From the NCBI GenBank assembly GCA_964016885.1, contig OZ024742.1:223882001-223946000 (forward strand): DNA of 64,000 bases. The letters run 5' to 3'. Positions 38,194 to 53,403 of the stretch are shown here, in pieces. Each line of letters begins with the position of its first letter. The first letter of the stretch is position 1. The notes under the pieces were generated by a model, which was not told the origin of the DNA, made no database searches, and saw nothing but the letters and a program-made list of their open reading frames with translations. A program made the translations under genes and the position numbers. Origin of the DNA: Eledone cirrhosa. Lineage: Eukaryota.

Positions 38194-38789
38194 ATTTCTA
38201 TACATGTAATATATATATATATGTGTGCGCGTGTGTATATATATGAATCTATGTATAATGGTTTATTTTTTATTATGTCTAAAACATCGTTCGATCGCTT
38301 CTATCATGTCATAATAAAATAATCAGCTAGTTGTTTCAATATTAGCTCCAGCAAAATGCAACGTGAGTTGGTTGCTTAAATATGTGGAACAGACACACAC
38401 ACACCGATATAGAAACAAACCGACAGACATACGCGCACACACTCTTAGACAGGCGTGTCTTGCACACAATCACACACACAGACGTCTGTCAGTCTTGTAA
38501 TGTCAAATCGCCTTTCTCTTTGATTTATCATTTTCGAAACTGAAGACCAAAGCAAAACCCTTCAGATAACTTTTAAAAATTTCAAGTACTTGTTATCACT
38601 ATCATTGTTGTTTATTTCTTTCGGGCACTGTTGTGGTATAATAAATAATGTGTAAATGTTTTTAAAACGATATACAATCAACTCGCACCATGTGTACAAG
38701 GAATATATATAGACATACGTACATACCAGACTAGATATTGTTTTGTGATAGCTAGCTCACGTATTTAGCTTCCTGTTTAAATTGAGCTG

Positions 38790-38841
<52 letters not shown>

Positions 38842-38991
38842 GTCATACAGGCCCTATAAGATGGTTTATTTGTATATATTGAGGGTAGCCAGTTAAATTT
38901 GATAGAGAAAGAAATCCACATTTTTTCAAAATTACGTAATTTACACGCATGTATAGTTGTTATTGATTTGTATCATGGTGTACTCATCATT

Positions 38992-39058
<67 letters not shown>

Positions 39059-39720
39059 CGTATATATTTGTATATATATATGTGTGTGTGCGTATATATT
39101 TGTATATATATGTGTGCGTATATATTTGTATATATATATGTCTATATATATACATACACACCTACATGTGTGTGTGTGTGTGTGGATGTGCAAGAGTGTA
39201 ATGTAATATAAGTGAATAATATATGGCACATGTGTGAATATTCTATAATGTACAAACGTATATACAACCAGTCAGCACACGCACCACGCACTTAACCATT
39301 GCTTCTTCCTCTTACCCTCTCCCTCTTTCATCACCTTCATCTTTTGATAAAATAAGATCTATATATCTATCTTCAAAACAGATTCTTGCTTAAAGAAGCT
39401 ATTTACTACCAGTTTTACTAATAAAACTGAAGCAGCCATCGATTTAGCTTTCGTAATATGTCTAATATGCTTAATACTTAAATATACAATACTTGCTTCT
39501 CTTGCGTTGGATTAAGAGATACATGCGATTTATCTCGCCTCTTGCCTTGAATATTAATAACTTTATTTGGCTGTATTTCAGTTTATTTTTTCCTAGAATA
39601 GATATCTAAAATGTTTTTTAATGAACTCAATTTCTCTTCGTCTCGGTTTGTTTCTATAGGGTAAAGGTTTATTTTATAATTATTAAAATTAATTTCTTTC
39701 TACGTGGTAGTTTATGTATA

Positions 39721-39760
<40 letters not shown>

Positions 39761-39840
39761 CAACGAGTTTGTTTTTACTCGAAACCTTTTTCCTTTTCCT
39801 TCCTCTTCTCTCTTTATTTCATCTTTTATTTCTCATTCTC

Positions 39841-39876
39841 TCTTCTGATGGAGGACTAGTGCTCGAAACCTAAAGA
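39841..39876 (+). ncRNA. Degenerate hammerhead motif copy (CUGAUGG core) in the same repeat family (about 39770-39960)
   Basis: tcttctgatggaggactagtgctcgaaacctaaaga; flanks homologous to 6380-6560. Confidence 0.45.
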
Positions 39877-40014
39877 CTCTTTTCCTACTACATCAAGCGT
39901 TAAACTAACATATTTCTTCATTGTACTGTGACGTTTGCTTTGTTTCTGTTTACTTTTTGCATTTATAAGATTAGGTATTCTGTGTATGTAAACGTACATA
40001 TACTGTTTGTGTGA

Positions 40015-40275
40015 ATGTGCCTGACTTGGTCAGTGTGCTTGGCTCATGATCGTAAGGTTGTTAGTTCGATTCCTGGCGGCGTGTTGTATCCTTGAGCAAG
40101 ACACTTTATTTCATGTTGCTCCAGTCCACTCAGCTGGCGCAAACGAGTTGTACATGTTATTCAAAATGTTACGCTGAATCTTCTCTTGAATTGCATTATG
40201 GATACACGTGCCTGTGGAATGCTCAGTCACTTGTACAATGATATTTACAAGCAGGCTGTTCCGTTGTTCGAACAA
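40015..40275 (+). mobile_element. tRNA-head SINE
   Basis: gttcgattcc B-box followed by ccttgagcaagacactttatttca core. Confidence 0.7.
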
Positions 40276-42119
40276 CTGGTACAATCATCATCGGAACTAC
40301 AGAACTTCCAACATACACCTACACACACACATAATATGGGTGAATTGTACTACTATTGTATCAACTGAATCTATGCTAATTTGTGTTAGTTCTTTGTTAT
40401 ATTTGTGGTGCCAACAACAGCTGTGTATACCTCCTGCATTAAATAGTCCTCGACTGGGCGGCCACATATAAGTTGTCTGTAGCTTCTTCTGTTGAATTAC
40501 ATTGACATAATATTTATTTTATTGGCTTTAAATTGTTGCTCCCATAACCTCCCATTTTATACAAGACAATGAGTGAGTTTTTTTGGGGTGTGTGTGTGGG
40601 GTGTGTGGCTGTCTGACACTGTCTAAAAAATCTTGGGACCTGACAACTTAATTACTACAGATCCACCTTAAACTTCTATTATTGTTTGCTATCCAGAAAA
40701 CCTTTCAATCACTTCGATATTATCTCATAAGGGCTGGTGTTAGGGTTTTGTTGGCTTTAGCTTAACAACAATAATCATTTTGAGGTGAATTTTCCTGCCA
40801 AAGCATGCTTTAACTTTGCTGACCCCAGACAGGAGCAGATTAAGCTTGCTTTGGGTCCCTGGTTCATAATTTCATTGGGGTCCTTCAAATATTGCTGCCT
40901 ACGACACACATGGATACGGTGTAACTATTCTTAACCAGATACATACTGGCCCTATGATAAGCTTCATACTCATCATGGGGGTCCTTTTTTGTCGCCTCCT
41001 ATACAACACGCATTGATATGGTGTACCTTTTCTAAATTGGATACGCAGTGATGTTATGTTTATGATAAGGTAAAAAAGATGCATTTGAATTATTTTGATT
41101 AAACCACAAGAGTTTTGCCTTCTTACAACAGTTAAGTGGAGGAAGCTGAGATATGTTAATGTAGCAAGATCCAATGTCCTTGCAAAAATATCCTTCAAGG
41201 AACTGTGGAAGTAAATATAGGCAGACAAAGAAAAAGAATGAACTGTCAAATCCTTAGCAGAAGTCCAACAGATGGGGAAGACTGGTGTCCCTAAGATTAC
41301 ATCAGGGGTTGAGAACATACAAGTATATTAATTAGTGACTGAACATGAGCTGTCCTTAATAAGCACAGATCTGTTTTAACTAAACAATACTAAGCAAGAA
41401 ATGATTTTTTTTTTTTTTTACTGTTTAGTCAGGGAGGGAAAGGCAGTACCCATTACTATTTTCAGGGTCTGTGCGACTGTCAGGAAGGAGATAGGTGGTA
41501 GTGCTGGTACCATGGTAAAATGCTTCCAGTACATAGTCAAAAAGGTATCCTCTGACTGAACACGAATCTGAATGATTACACTCACGGGCCAGGTGTTGGT
41601 GTTAAACTGGGTGATGGAATACATTTACCACACAAGATGGCCGCATCAGGATTTGAACACAGATTGTAGGGTGTAATTTGAGGGAGATTTGGATACTATT
41701 TTTATCAGGGCCATATTCAAAAGGCTGATTAGGAGTGCATCCTTTTTCTTCTATAATGGAGTGAAAGATTGAAGTGCTAGGGAGCCCCTCAGAATAACTG
41801 AAAACCTAAGAGGCTCAGCTTTGGATTAATATGACCCAGATTTGTAGGTTGATTGACCACAGAGGTGTTACTTGCAGAAGTAATGCTTTTATAGAGATAT
41901 TGGCAGGTAATTAACCCTTTTGATGCCAATTTGTCTGAAACTGCTGCTGGTTCTATGATACTAAATTGTTTATTTGAAAGTGGTTATATTTATCTAAAAA
42001 CCTCCATGATAATTTTATGCTAGAAGTTGTTACATTTGAAATGGAGCTCTTCTTTTTTTTCTTTTCCTTTTTCTTTCTTTTTCTTTTTTCTTTTTCTCTT
42101 TTTTTCTCAAAAGCTCCTT

Positions 42120-43800
42120 CCAGCTAGTCCTGTCAGAAGCAACTGATTCGGCTAGTTTCCCAAGTGAGATCAGCCAAGTTCATGGATGTTATTCAACCAT
42201 CTTGCTTGGGGTCTACCTCTGCGTCTCCTACCAGTTGGTTTTGCCTGTAATTCTGTCCAGTGATTCTTTCACAAGACATTCTAACTACATGCCTGTAATA
42301 TCGGAGCTGTGATGCCTCAATTCGGAGAAGTAGTGGATCTACCTGGAGTGACTCTCTAATCTCCTAGCTATGCACTCTATCAAGTAACGTTACTCCAAAG
42401 ACCCTCCAGAGGAACCTTATTTCAGCTGCTTGTATTCGCGATCATATTCTTTTGGTCATTACCAAAGGTTCATGACCATAAGTAAGGGTTGGCATAAATA
42501 CTGAATTGAAGATAGCAAGTTTGGCTTTTACATCTACCTCCCTTTTTCTGATTACCAAATGTTGAAGCTGGCACGTTAATACACCAGCTCCTGCAATTCT
42601 TGCACTTAATTCAGCCTCCTGCATTCTATCACTAGTGAAGATGGCCCCGAGATACTTGAACTTCTCTACCTGCTTCAGTGGAATTCCATTCACATGTAGT
42701 ACACTGCACAGGCTTCCTTGAGAGAATGAGCAACTCAGTTATCGCAGCACTGATTTTCATTCCAGCCATGCAGCACTTGGCATCAAACCAATCAAGTGCT
42801 AATCGGAGATCACCTTCTGTCGAGTTAAGTAATACCATGTCGTCTGCAAACACCAGCTGACTGATTTTACATCTGCCAGTCGTGATACCACTTCCAACCC
42901 AGCTGTGCATATCAATCCTGTTCATGAAAATAATGAATGAGAGATGACAGTACGCACTCTTGGTGGAGTCCGACTCCCATAATGAATAGTTTTGATTTAG
43001 CATAATTTATCGGAACACAAATACTCGTGCATTTGTATAGAGAAATCAGGACAGCAACTGGGCTTGACAATCTTGTTACATCTCTTTGTCAGACATTTAA
43101 CATAAACTTTACCAGAGAAGCTTAACAAGGAGACCTCTCTGTAATTGGAACAATCTCTTTTGTCTCTCTTCTTGAAAATTGGGGTTATCACTCCTGATTG
43201 CCATTGCTTAAGTGCCTTTCCAGAGATCCAGGCCATCTGCCACACACAAATCAGCCAGAGAATACCTTCTCTATTTAAGGCTTTTAACATCTCTGGCTAG
43301 ATTTCATCTTCCCCAGCAGCCTTGCTATATTTGAGCTGTTTACCTGCTCTTGTGTCCTCAGCCTCCGAGAGATTGTTTACTTCTCCCAGATGCACCTCAT
43401 GTACATCAGATGATGCTGTTGTGATTGGGTTTAGATGATCAGCAAAGTATTCTCTCCACCTCACGAGGATGCACCTTTCTGAAGAAAGAAGAACCCCAGG
43501 CATGCTCCTGATAGAGGTGTGAAGACTGACCTCTTATGAAGTCGGCAATGGTCTGCCAGAATACTTTATTTGCTGATCTAAATTCAAATTCCAGCTTAAC
43601 CCCAAAGTCCTCCCATGCTTTAACGCCTTTACTGTCTCTGCTGCGATTCTTCGTGCCTTCTTGTACTGCAAGTGCAAGGAGTATGACTTACTTCTAAGTC
43701 AAGCTTTGTAGGCCTTCTTTGCTTGGATGGCATCTTTGACCCCTTGATTGAAACAAGGGGTCCCCCTGACATCCGGTGCCACACCAAGCCTCCTTCTGCT
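42120..43800 (-). mobile_element. Decayed RTE LINE (family C), 3' two-thirds
   Basis: RWREYF, KAAGEDEI, CSNYREVSLL, LVFADD, VEKFKYLG, LTYGHE. Confidence 0.88.
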
Positions 43801-43829
43801 GAAGCAGAAACTGTCTCTCAACAGAGCTG

Positions 43830-44590
43830 TGCTGCTAGAGAATGGGTTGCAGGTGGCAGATAGCGATACAGCCACCAGATATGATGGTTAGTTGTGATAT
43901 AAGTGAGGAGCTAATGGACAAATAAGCAATCCCGGACCACCAGCAGTAAACTACTAGGGGAGATGGAGTAATGGGTGACACCTGTAGATCCCAAGAAAAC
44001 GCTCACAACCCAGTGATGTAGCTATAATAAGGTGAGTAAAGGCCACCTCTAAAAAAGCCTAGTCTTCATGGGTTTGAGAAAGTACCTGATAGGTGACTGG
44101 CGCAAATAGGATCACAAAAACTGCAATATGGTAAGAGGTACGGAAAAGAGCCATACTGCATTGTCCTTTGTGTGGGTTATCAAGGGTCCTGTTCAAGCCT
44201 TAGGTAGAGGGGCCTGTTCAAAAAATATATTGCAGTCTCCATTTTATGCTGCAAAAACTGGCTATGGGCCTGCAATCTGTCCTGGGAGGTGTGGGACGGA
44301 TGAACAAATAATGTGTCCCAAGACCCCAAAGAGGTTTCAGAAGGGAGCAAACCTTACAATTGGAATGTTGAACATCACAACCCTTACAAGTAAGGAGCAG
44401 GGACTAGTGGAGGAGGCTAGATACTACTGGCTATATATAGCTAGGGTTTCCATAACAAAGTTCCATGACTCTGGTATTGTAGATTTGGATGGAAGATGCA
44501 AACTCTACTATTCAGGTGTTAGGCCAGAAATGACTGTACAAGCAGGAGTGGGTATACTTTCAAGCCCCTAGCTATCAGAATGTGTTATGA
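43830..44590 (+). mobile_element. RTE 5' UTR and endonuclease N-terminus, inverted relative to 42120-43800
   Basis: LTIGMLNITTL...KLYYSGV...AGVGIL resembles the start of an APE domain. Confidence 0.7.
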
Positions 44591-45329
44591 ACTTCTTCCA
44601 AATTGTTTATTTCAAAATCGTAAATAGTGTATTTCATTAGAAATATATTAAAACAAATTTTGTTCTATTTTATTTGTCAACATGAAAATCTATATATATT
44701 GGGTTAGATAAGGGCTATATTGATCATAATAAACACTTGCGTATTAGTTGAAGCATATGGAACAGTGGTCTTTGTTATTATTGTAGGTGGTGGATTGGCA
44801 GAGTTATTAAAACGTCAGACAAATGCTTAGCAGTATTTGTTTTGGCTCCGAGGTCAACTTTGCTTTTTATCTTTCCAGGGTCGATAAAATAAAGAAGCAG
44901 TTATATAATGGAGTCGATATCGATTTTCCCTTTTCCTCCAAATTGCTTGACATGTACCCAGGTTAGGAACCATTATTGTAGGCTGTGTTGTGTTATTGTG
45001 GAGTAATTATATATTTTTTTCATTTCCTATGGTTTCGAGGTCACTCCTACTGTGTGGCACCTTGGTTAAGTTTCTTTTCCTCGGGTTGACTATTGAGTGT
45101 GGAATTTGGTAGATGTTATGTCTGGAACCCCTTCTGTGTTAGTGCTGGTGCTATGATAAAATTCTCCCAACAGATAAAGCATTAGGAAGGGCATCCAGCC
45201 ATAACGCCATGTGAAAAGTGAACCGGATGAGCTAGATGTGGTCATATTGGTCTAGAACTTGACAACTCAATTAATCCATGCAAGCATGAAAAGCGGATGT
45301 AATATGACTGGTGTGTGTGTGTGCGCACA

Positions 45330-45880
45330 CATCCATCGGAGCATGCAAGCTTCGTTTACGTAAGTCTACTGTTTCTACAAAGCCCTCCCAGAGTTTGGTG
45401 GTGCTTGTTTACTGTGGCTGTTTGCTGCTTGTGGCCCGGTGCAGCTGCTACATGTAAAGCCTACATTCTTAGCTAAGCTTCCTGAGATCCCACTACATCT
45501 CTTGTGTACCCATTGTTTGCATTTGGGGCAGAGGATGAAGTTCCTCCCTACACCTTTCCTACATACTGAGCAAGGCCATTTCCCTGAGGGGATCTGGGCT
45601 CTGTTTTCTCGTCTACTTACGAGGACCTTAGTCTTTGTCTGGTTGACTTTGAGACACTTTGTTTCGAGTCCCTACTTCCATATTTGGAATTTCTTTAGTT
45701 CCACCATAGATTAAGCTATAAGTGTGAGATCATCCGCATACAGGAGTTCCCATGGGCATCCTGTCTTAAACTCCTCTGTTATTGCCTGCAATACTATAAT
45801 GAACAGGAGAGGGCTAAGAACAGAACCCTGGTGGACACCGACCTGTATGCTAAATTCCTCGCTATAGTCATTGTTAATGA
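45330..45880 (-). mobile_element. RTE RT/PHD fragment
   Basis: Minus strand carries [17 protein letters not shown] and GKWPCSVCRKG. Confidence 0.85.
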
Positions 45881-45902
45881 TATATATATATATATATATA
45901 TA

Positions 45903-46130
45903 CTAGTAGAATGGCCCGGCGTTGCCCGGGCTTCTAAACATAGACGGCATGTTTATCCCTCCTTTCTGAAACAGTACAGAGAAGTACAGAATACCTCGGC
46001 GTACCACCTTTTGTGCTTATAAAAAAAATTTGTTGTAGATTACCAATATAATGATATACACCTGGACATAAGATATACGTTATATATACACACACATATA
46101 TTGGCATAATATATACAACACACATATATA
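45903..46130 (-). mobile_element. Helitron 3' end (5' boundary uncertain)
   Basis: Minus strand: hairpin cccgggcaacgccggg followed by CTAG, then T. Confidence 0.65.
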
Positions 46131-46677
46131 TATATATATTAAGTTTCGCAGGCTGCTTTTCAGCAGGTGTACCTGCTTCTTATGAGCCTCACATATCTCT
46201 TTCTCTCTCTCTCTTTCTCTCTCTCTCTTTCTCTCTCTCTCTTTCTCTCTCTCTCTTTCTCTTTCTCTCTCTCATGCTTCAGCCCCTAACTTCTACCATT
46301 GGGCCACACTCAGACGATATTCACTGTTGGACAATAAACAAGAGTGAACATGTATTACAAACAGTATTAAGAAGCTCTCTTGAGAGAGAGAAAGAGATGG
46401 ATAGGAAAAGGTCTCCAGCAAAAAAGAATCAGTCTTTTGGTCCTTAAGTTCTTAGATTCTAAGGGAGCCAGGCAGATGTCGTTCTCTGTTGGACAGTAAA
46501 CAGATAGTGAAACAGATAGTGTATTAGAAACACACACAATATGGCGATGTTGTTCACTGTTAGACGATAAACAAAGAGTGAACAAAACTACCTAGCTAGT
46601 ATATATATATGTGTGTGTTTTAGAAAAGGGATCTCACTTTTCACTTTCTTGAGCTGGAAGGAAACCCAGCCAAACTA

Positions 46678-46771
<94 letters not shown>

Positions 46772-46849
46772 AAAGGGACTACACCTTGTTGAGCCTGTAA
46801 GGAGTTGATTCAAACTAACTAGCATATATGTAAATATACTGTAAATTTA

Positions 46850-47358
46850 TGTTGGTACCACAGAACATCCAGTCCACACTGTAAAGTGCTCGTTTAGGTG
46901 ACATGACAAAAAGCATCCAGTCCGCACTGTAAAGTGCTCGTTTAGGTGACATGACAAAAAGCATCCAGTCCGCACTGTAAAGTGCTCGTTTAGGTGACAT
47001 GACAAAAAGCATCCAGTCCGCACTGTAAAGTGGTCGTGTAGGTGACATGGCAAAAAGCACTCAGTCCACATTGTAAAGTGGTCGTGTAGGTCACACGGTA
47101 AAAAGCACCCAGTCCACATTGTAAAGTGGTCGTGTAGGAGACATGGTAAAAAGGCTTCCAGTCCACACTGTAAAGTGGTCATGTATGAGACATGGTAAAA
47201 AGGCTCCTAGTCCACACTGTAAATGTGGTTGGCATTGGGTGGGCATCCAGCTGTAGAAAAACTGCAGAAACAGTTCTGTACAACCAATCTTGCTTCAAGT
47301 GGGACAAACCTGACCAACCCATACTAGTGTGGAAGATGGATGTTAAACGATGATGATT
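46850..47358 (+). repeat. SINE with an internal 48-bp unit expanded to about 8 copies
   Basis: catccagtcc(a/g)cactgtaaagtgctcgtttaggtgacatgacaaaaag starts at 46866, 46914, 46962, 47010 and continues in diverged form. Confidence 0.9.
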
Positions 47359-47359
47359 A

Positions 47360-48359
47360 TCTATATATATATAAAACTGAGGATGTCTGTCTGTGTGTAT
47401 GTGAGTTTGAATCCCTTAAACTCGAGAACCACCCAAACGACTGTTTTCAAACTTTACACATGCAATAGAGGTTGGTGTTAGGAAGGGATCCAGCTGTAGA
47501 AATCAAGTCAGAATCAGTTCCCGTCTCACCCTTGCAAGCAGGGAAAAGCGGACGTAAAATGAAATGAATGAATGAATACTTGTTTCAGGGAGTGTTCTGA
47601 GCGAAAAAATTTCAAATTTTCAATGCCCTAGGGACTGCATTTAGGCGATTTAGCGATCTTTCTATAATTGTTAGTCTTTCTCTTTTTAGATAGATACATA
47701 CACATAACGTCGCACCCTTATAATATCTGTCTGTATGTCTGCCTGCATTACGTCACTTCTCTGAGTGTGTGTGTGTGTGTCTCTGTCTGTCTGAGTTTGA
47801 ATCCCTAAAACTCGAGAAATACCCAACCGACTTTTTTCAAACTTTACATGTGTATTACTTATGTTTCAGGGAGTGTTATGCACATAAAAAAAATTCAACT
47901 TTTTGATCCCGTAGGGCTCGCATTAGTTTAAAAACTGCGTTATTTCAGGTTTTTAGGGTTTTTTTGAGTCGTTAAGTCAGACTGATTTCTTTGAAATTGT
48001 AACTATGTATTAGTCAGTCTCTTCTTCATAACGTGAGCAAAGAAAATCCAACTTTTTTATGGCCTAGGTGAAAAACTTCATTTTTTTCAGCTTTTTAGGG
48101 CTTTTTTGAGGCGTTACGTCTAGCCGATTTTCCCGAAATTTCAAGGCATATTATGCACATTAAAAAAATTCATTTTCTTGATCCCCATTAGGTGAAAATC
48201 TGCATTTTTCCTGCTTCATAGAGGAAATTCTTAAAGATTATCCTGCCATCAGAGTATTCGGTTTTCTTTACATATTGTCCATGCATGCAGTTCTTAGGTC
48301 TATTGGCGGCCCGCGTTCCAAAATACCTTATCCCGTGCAACGCCGTGTACCACTGCTAG
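47360..48359 (+). mobile_element. Non-autonomous Helitron (1.0 kb) with a nested SINE fragment
   Basis: 5' TCTATATATATATAAAACTG, 3' cccgtgcaacgccgtg hairpin plus CTAG, inserted between A and T. SINE tail at about 47468-47575. Confidence 0.8.
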
Positions 48360-48469
48360 TATATATATTTATTAAAATAACAGATTAAAGTTTAAGCAAA
48401 GAATCGTTGCTTTCACCTTTAACGGGATCTTCAAATTTATTATTACTATATTTATATATATATATATAT

Positions 48470-48627
48470 ATATAACAAAGGAATTGTGGTAAGGAACCAG
48501 ATGGACCATAACGCACCAGAGTACTCAATACTTAGGGTAGTAGAGTGGGAAATAGGAAAAAGTATGACCCCGACGGCAGAGCTCAAGCCGTTTCGACGGC
48601 TATTTCTGGACTCAGAAATAGCCGTCT
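48470..48627. mobile_element. Third copy of the hairpin-terminated element
   Basis: Same body; ends in the 14-bp stem gacggctatttctg / cagaaatagccgtc. Confidence 0.75.
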
Positions 48628-49049
48628 GATTGATTGATCAAGGCACACCACAGCTTTGTTGGGCCGTTTGCTTGCAAATGAATCGAATATTATTAATGTT
48701 CGATATAACCCGTACGTACGTGTGTGTGCGCGCGAGCGCGCGCTTACTTACATTTATGTATCAGCTGTGCTAGAGCGAGAAATAAAATTCTAATTCTATT
48801 TTTAATTTTCGGCAAGTCCAGCCATAACGCGTTTGGTATACATGAGGTTAATCAGCCAATGTATACTTCAGAAAATGCTATATATTTTCAACTGGCAGCA
48901 CAACACAGCATTGTTGGGCCGTTTGCTTGAAAATGTATCGAATGTCCGATATAACCAATACGTGCATATGTATATAAATTCGTGTATATATATATATATA
49001 TATATATATAGGAGGGGAGTTTTATTGTAGCACAATAAAGCAATCTTGT

Positions 49050-49903
49050 ATATTATATATATATATATATATATATGTACATATGTATAAGTGTGTATAT
49101 GCATACTTATATTTATATATTTGTTTGTATGTGTATATATATATGTATATATATATATATGTGTATGTATATATGTGTATATGTGTGTATACGTGTGTAT
49201 GTATGGATGTGTGTGTATATGTGTGAATGTATGGATGTGTGTATGTATGTATATATGTGTATGTATATATGTGTATGTGTGTATATATATGTGTATGTAT
49301 GTATATATGTATGTATATATGTGTATATATGTATGTATATATATGTATATATATATGTATGTATATATATGTATATATATATGTATGTATGTATATATAT
49401 GTATGTATGTATATATATGTATATATGTATATATATGTATATATATATGTATGTATATATATGTATATATATATGTATGTATGTATATATATGTATGTAT
49501 GTATATATATGTATATATGTATATATATGTATATATGTATGTATGTATGTATGTATATATATGTATAGATGTATGTATGTATGTATATATATGTATAGAT
49601 GTATGTATGTATGTATATATATGTATAGATGTATGTATGTATGTATATATATGTATAGATGTATGTATGTATGTATATATATGTATAGATGTATGTATGT
49701 ATGTATATATATGTATAGATGTATGTATGTATGTATATATATGTATAGATGTATGTATGTATGTATATATATGTATAGATGTATGTATGTATGTATATAT
49801 ATGTATAGATGTATGTATGTATGTATATATATGTATAGATGTATGTATGTATGTATATGTATGTATGTATGTATATATGTATGTATATATGTATGTATGT
49901 ATG

Positions 49904-49937
<34 letters not shown>

Positions 49938-50254
49938 TGTATGTATGTATATATGTATGTATATATGTATGTATATATGTATGTATATATGTATGTATGT
50001 ATATGTATATATGTATGTATGTATATATATATGTATATATGTATGTATGTATGTATATATATATGTATGTATGTATATATATATGTATGTATGTATGTAT
50101 GTATATATATATGTATATATATATATGTATATATGTATGTATGTATATATATGTATGTATGTATATATATGTATGTATGTATGTATGTATATATATGTAT
50201 GTATGTATGTATGTATATATATATATATGTAATGTATGTATGTATGTATGTATA

Positions 50255-50287
<33 letters not shown>

Positions 50288-50522
50288 ATATATATATGTA
50301 TGTATGTATGTATGTATATATATATATGTATGTATGTATGTATATATATATATGTATGTATGTATGTATGTATATATATATATGTATATATGTATGTATG
50401 TATGTATATATATATATGTATATATGTATGTATGTATATATATATATGTATGTATATATATATATGTATATATGTATGTATGTATATATATATATGTATG
50501 TATATATATATATATATGTATG

Positions 50523-50553
<31 letters not shown>

Positions 50554-51887
50554 ATATATATATATGTATATATGTATGTATGTATATATATATATATGTA
50601 TATATGTATGTATGTATATATATATATGTATATATGTATGTATGTATATATATATATGTATATATGTATGTATGTATATATATATATGTATATATGTATG
50701 TATGTATATATATATATGTATATATGTATGTATGTATATATATATATGTATATATGTATGTATATATATATATATGTATATATGTATGTATGTATATATA
50801 TATATGTATATATGTATGTATGTATATATATATATGTATATATGTATGTATGTATATATATATATGTATATATGTATGTATATATATGTATATATGTATG
50901 TATGTATATATATATATGTATATATGTATGTATGTATGTATATATATATATGTATATATGTATGTATGTATATATATATATGTATATATGTATGTATGTA
51001 TATATATATATGTATATATGTATGTATGTATATATATGTATATATGTATGTATATATATATATGTATATATGTATGTATGTATATATATATATGTATATA
51101 TGTATGTATGTATATATATATATGTATATATGTATGTATATATATATATGTATATATGTATGTATGTATATATGTATGTATGTATATATATATATGTATA
51201 TATGTATGTATATATGGTGCTACTGGTAACATGTATCCCAGTACAACCTGTCTCATGGTCGGGTCGTTGGCGACTAAACTGGCAACCCCACCAAGGTTTC
51301 TTGGTGAGGAGGGTGACTTTGGACATCCTGCAGGACTAAAAACAAAACCTGTCAAAGGGCAAAGGAGCTCTTAAGAGTCAATGGCCATCCAAAATCAGTG
51401 GGAGAGATGACCCCTTAGCCTTTGTCAAGGCAGAATTCTAGGAGAAGGAAAACTCTGATATAACACCTGCAACCCTGATGGTATCCAATGATGTTGACTT
51501 GTTCTTCTTTTTGGTAAATATCATCTTGGTTAAGAGAGTGGGACTGGCTTTGTGCAGTGCCTTTGCTCACTATAAAAGCTTCACGGCACAGGCATTGCTT
51601 TGTATCTGGAGATCTCTCTGCATTTGTCGTCACATGGTACCATGGGCCCAGCACTATGTGTCAATAATTGTCACAAGTGTAGTGTTTGTACCAGAGTTTT
51701 CAAGTCGCTGGCTGGACTAAAAAGTCACTCGTTCAGCGCATCGGTGGAGGTTCTCCTACATGGATATAAAGTAGTGGCCGTACTCGAAAACGAGTTGGCA
51801 GCCACCATATATGTATGTATATATATATATATGTATGTATGTATGTATATATGTATATATGTATATATGTATGTATATATATATATG

Positions 51888-51921
<34 letters not shown>

Positions 51922-52403
51922 TGTATGTATGTATGTATGTATGTATGTATGTATGTATGTATGTATGTATGTATGTATGTATGTATGTATGTATGTATGT
52001 ATGTATGTATGTATATATATATATATGTATATATGTATGTATGTATATATATATGTATGTATATATATATATATGTATATATGTATGTATGTATATATAT
52101 ATGTATGTATATATATATATATGTATATATGTATGTATGTATATATATATATATGTATATATGTATGTATGTATATATATATGTATGTATGTATATATAT
52201 ATGTATATATATATGTATATATATATGTATATATATATGTATGTATATATATATATGTATGTATATATATATATGTATGTATATATATATGTATGTATAT
52301 ATATATGTATATATATATGTATATATATATGTATGTATGTATATATATATGTATATATATATGTATATATATATGTATGTATATATATATGTATATATAT
52401 ATG

Positions 52404-52442
<39 letters not shown>

Positions 52443-52819
52443 GTATATATATATGTATGTATATATGTATGTATATATATATGTATGTATATATGTATGT
52501 ATATATATATGTATGTATATATATATGTATATATATATATGTATATATATATATGTATATATATATGTATGTATATATGTATGTATATATATATGTATGT
52601 ATATATATATGTATGTATATATATATGTATGTATATATATATGTATGTATATATATATGTATGTATATATATATGTATGTATATATATATGTATGTATAT
52701 GTATATATATATGTATGTATATATATATATGTATGCATATATGTATGCATATATGTATGTATGTATATATATATGTATGTATATATATATGTATATATAT
52801 ATGTATGTATATATATATG

Positions 52820-52859
<40 letters not shown>

Positions 52860-53326
52860 TATGTATGTATATATATATGTATATATATATGTATGTATAT
52901 ATATATATATATGTATGTATATATATATGTATATATATATATATATGTATATATATATGTATATATATATATATATGTATATATATATGTATGTATATAT
53001 ATATGTATGTATATATATATGTATATATGTATGTATATATATATGTATATATATATGTATGTATATATATATGTATGTATATATATATGTATGTATATAT
53101 ATATGTATGTATATATATATGTATGTATATATATATGTATGTATATATATATGTATGTATATATATATGTATGTATATATATATGTATGTATATATATAT
53201 GTATGTATATATATATGTATGTATATATATATATGTATGTATATATATATATGTATGTATATATATATATGTATGTATATATATATGTATGTATATATAT
53301 ATGTATGTATATATATATATGTATGT

Positions 53327-53360
<34 letters not shown>

Positions 53361-53371
53361 GTATATATATG

Positions 53372-53403
<32 letters not shown>

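Noticed and set aside
48657-48964. Approximately 55-bp direct repeats (48657-48718 and 48911-48964) as possible mini-LTRs
   Set aside because: No clear TG...CA ends, primer-binding site, polypurine tract or TSD; treated as a local duplication.
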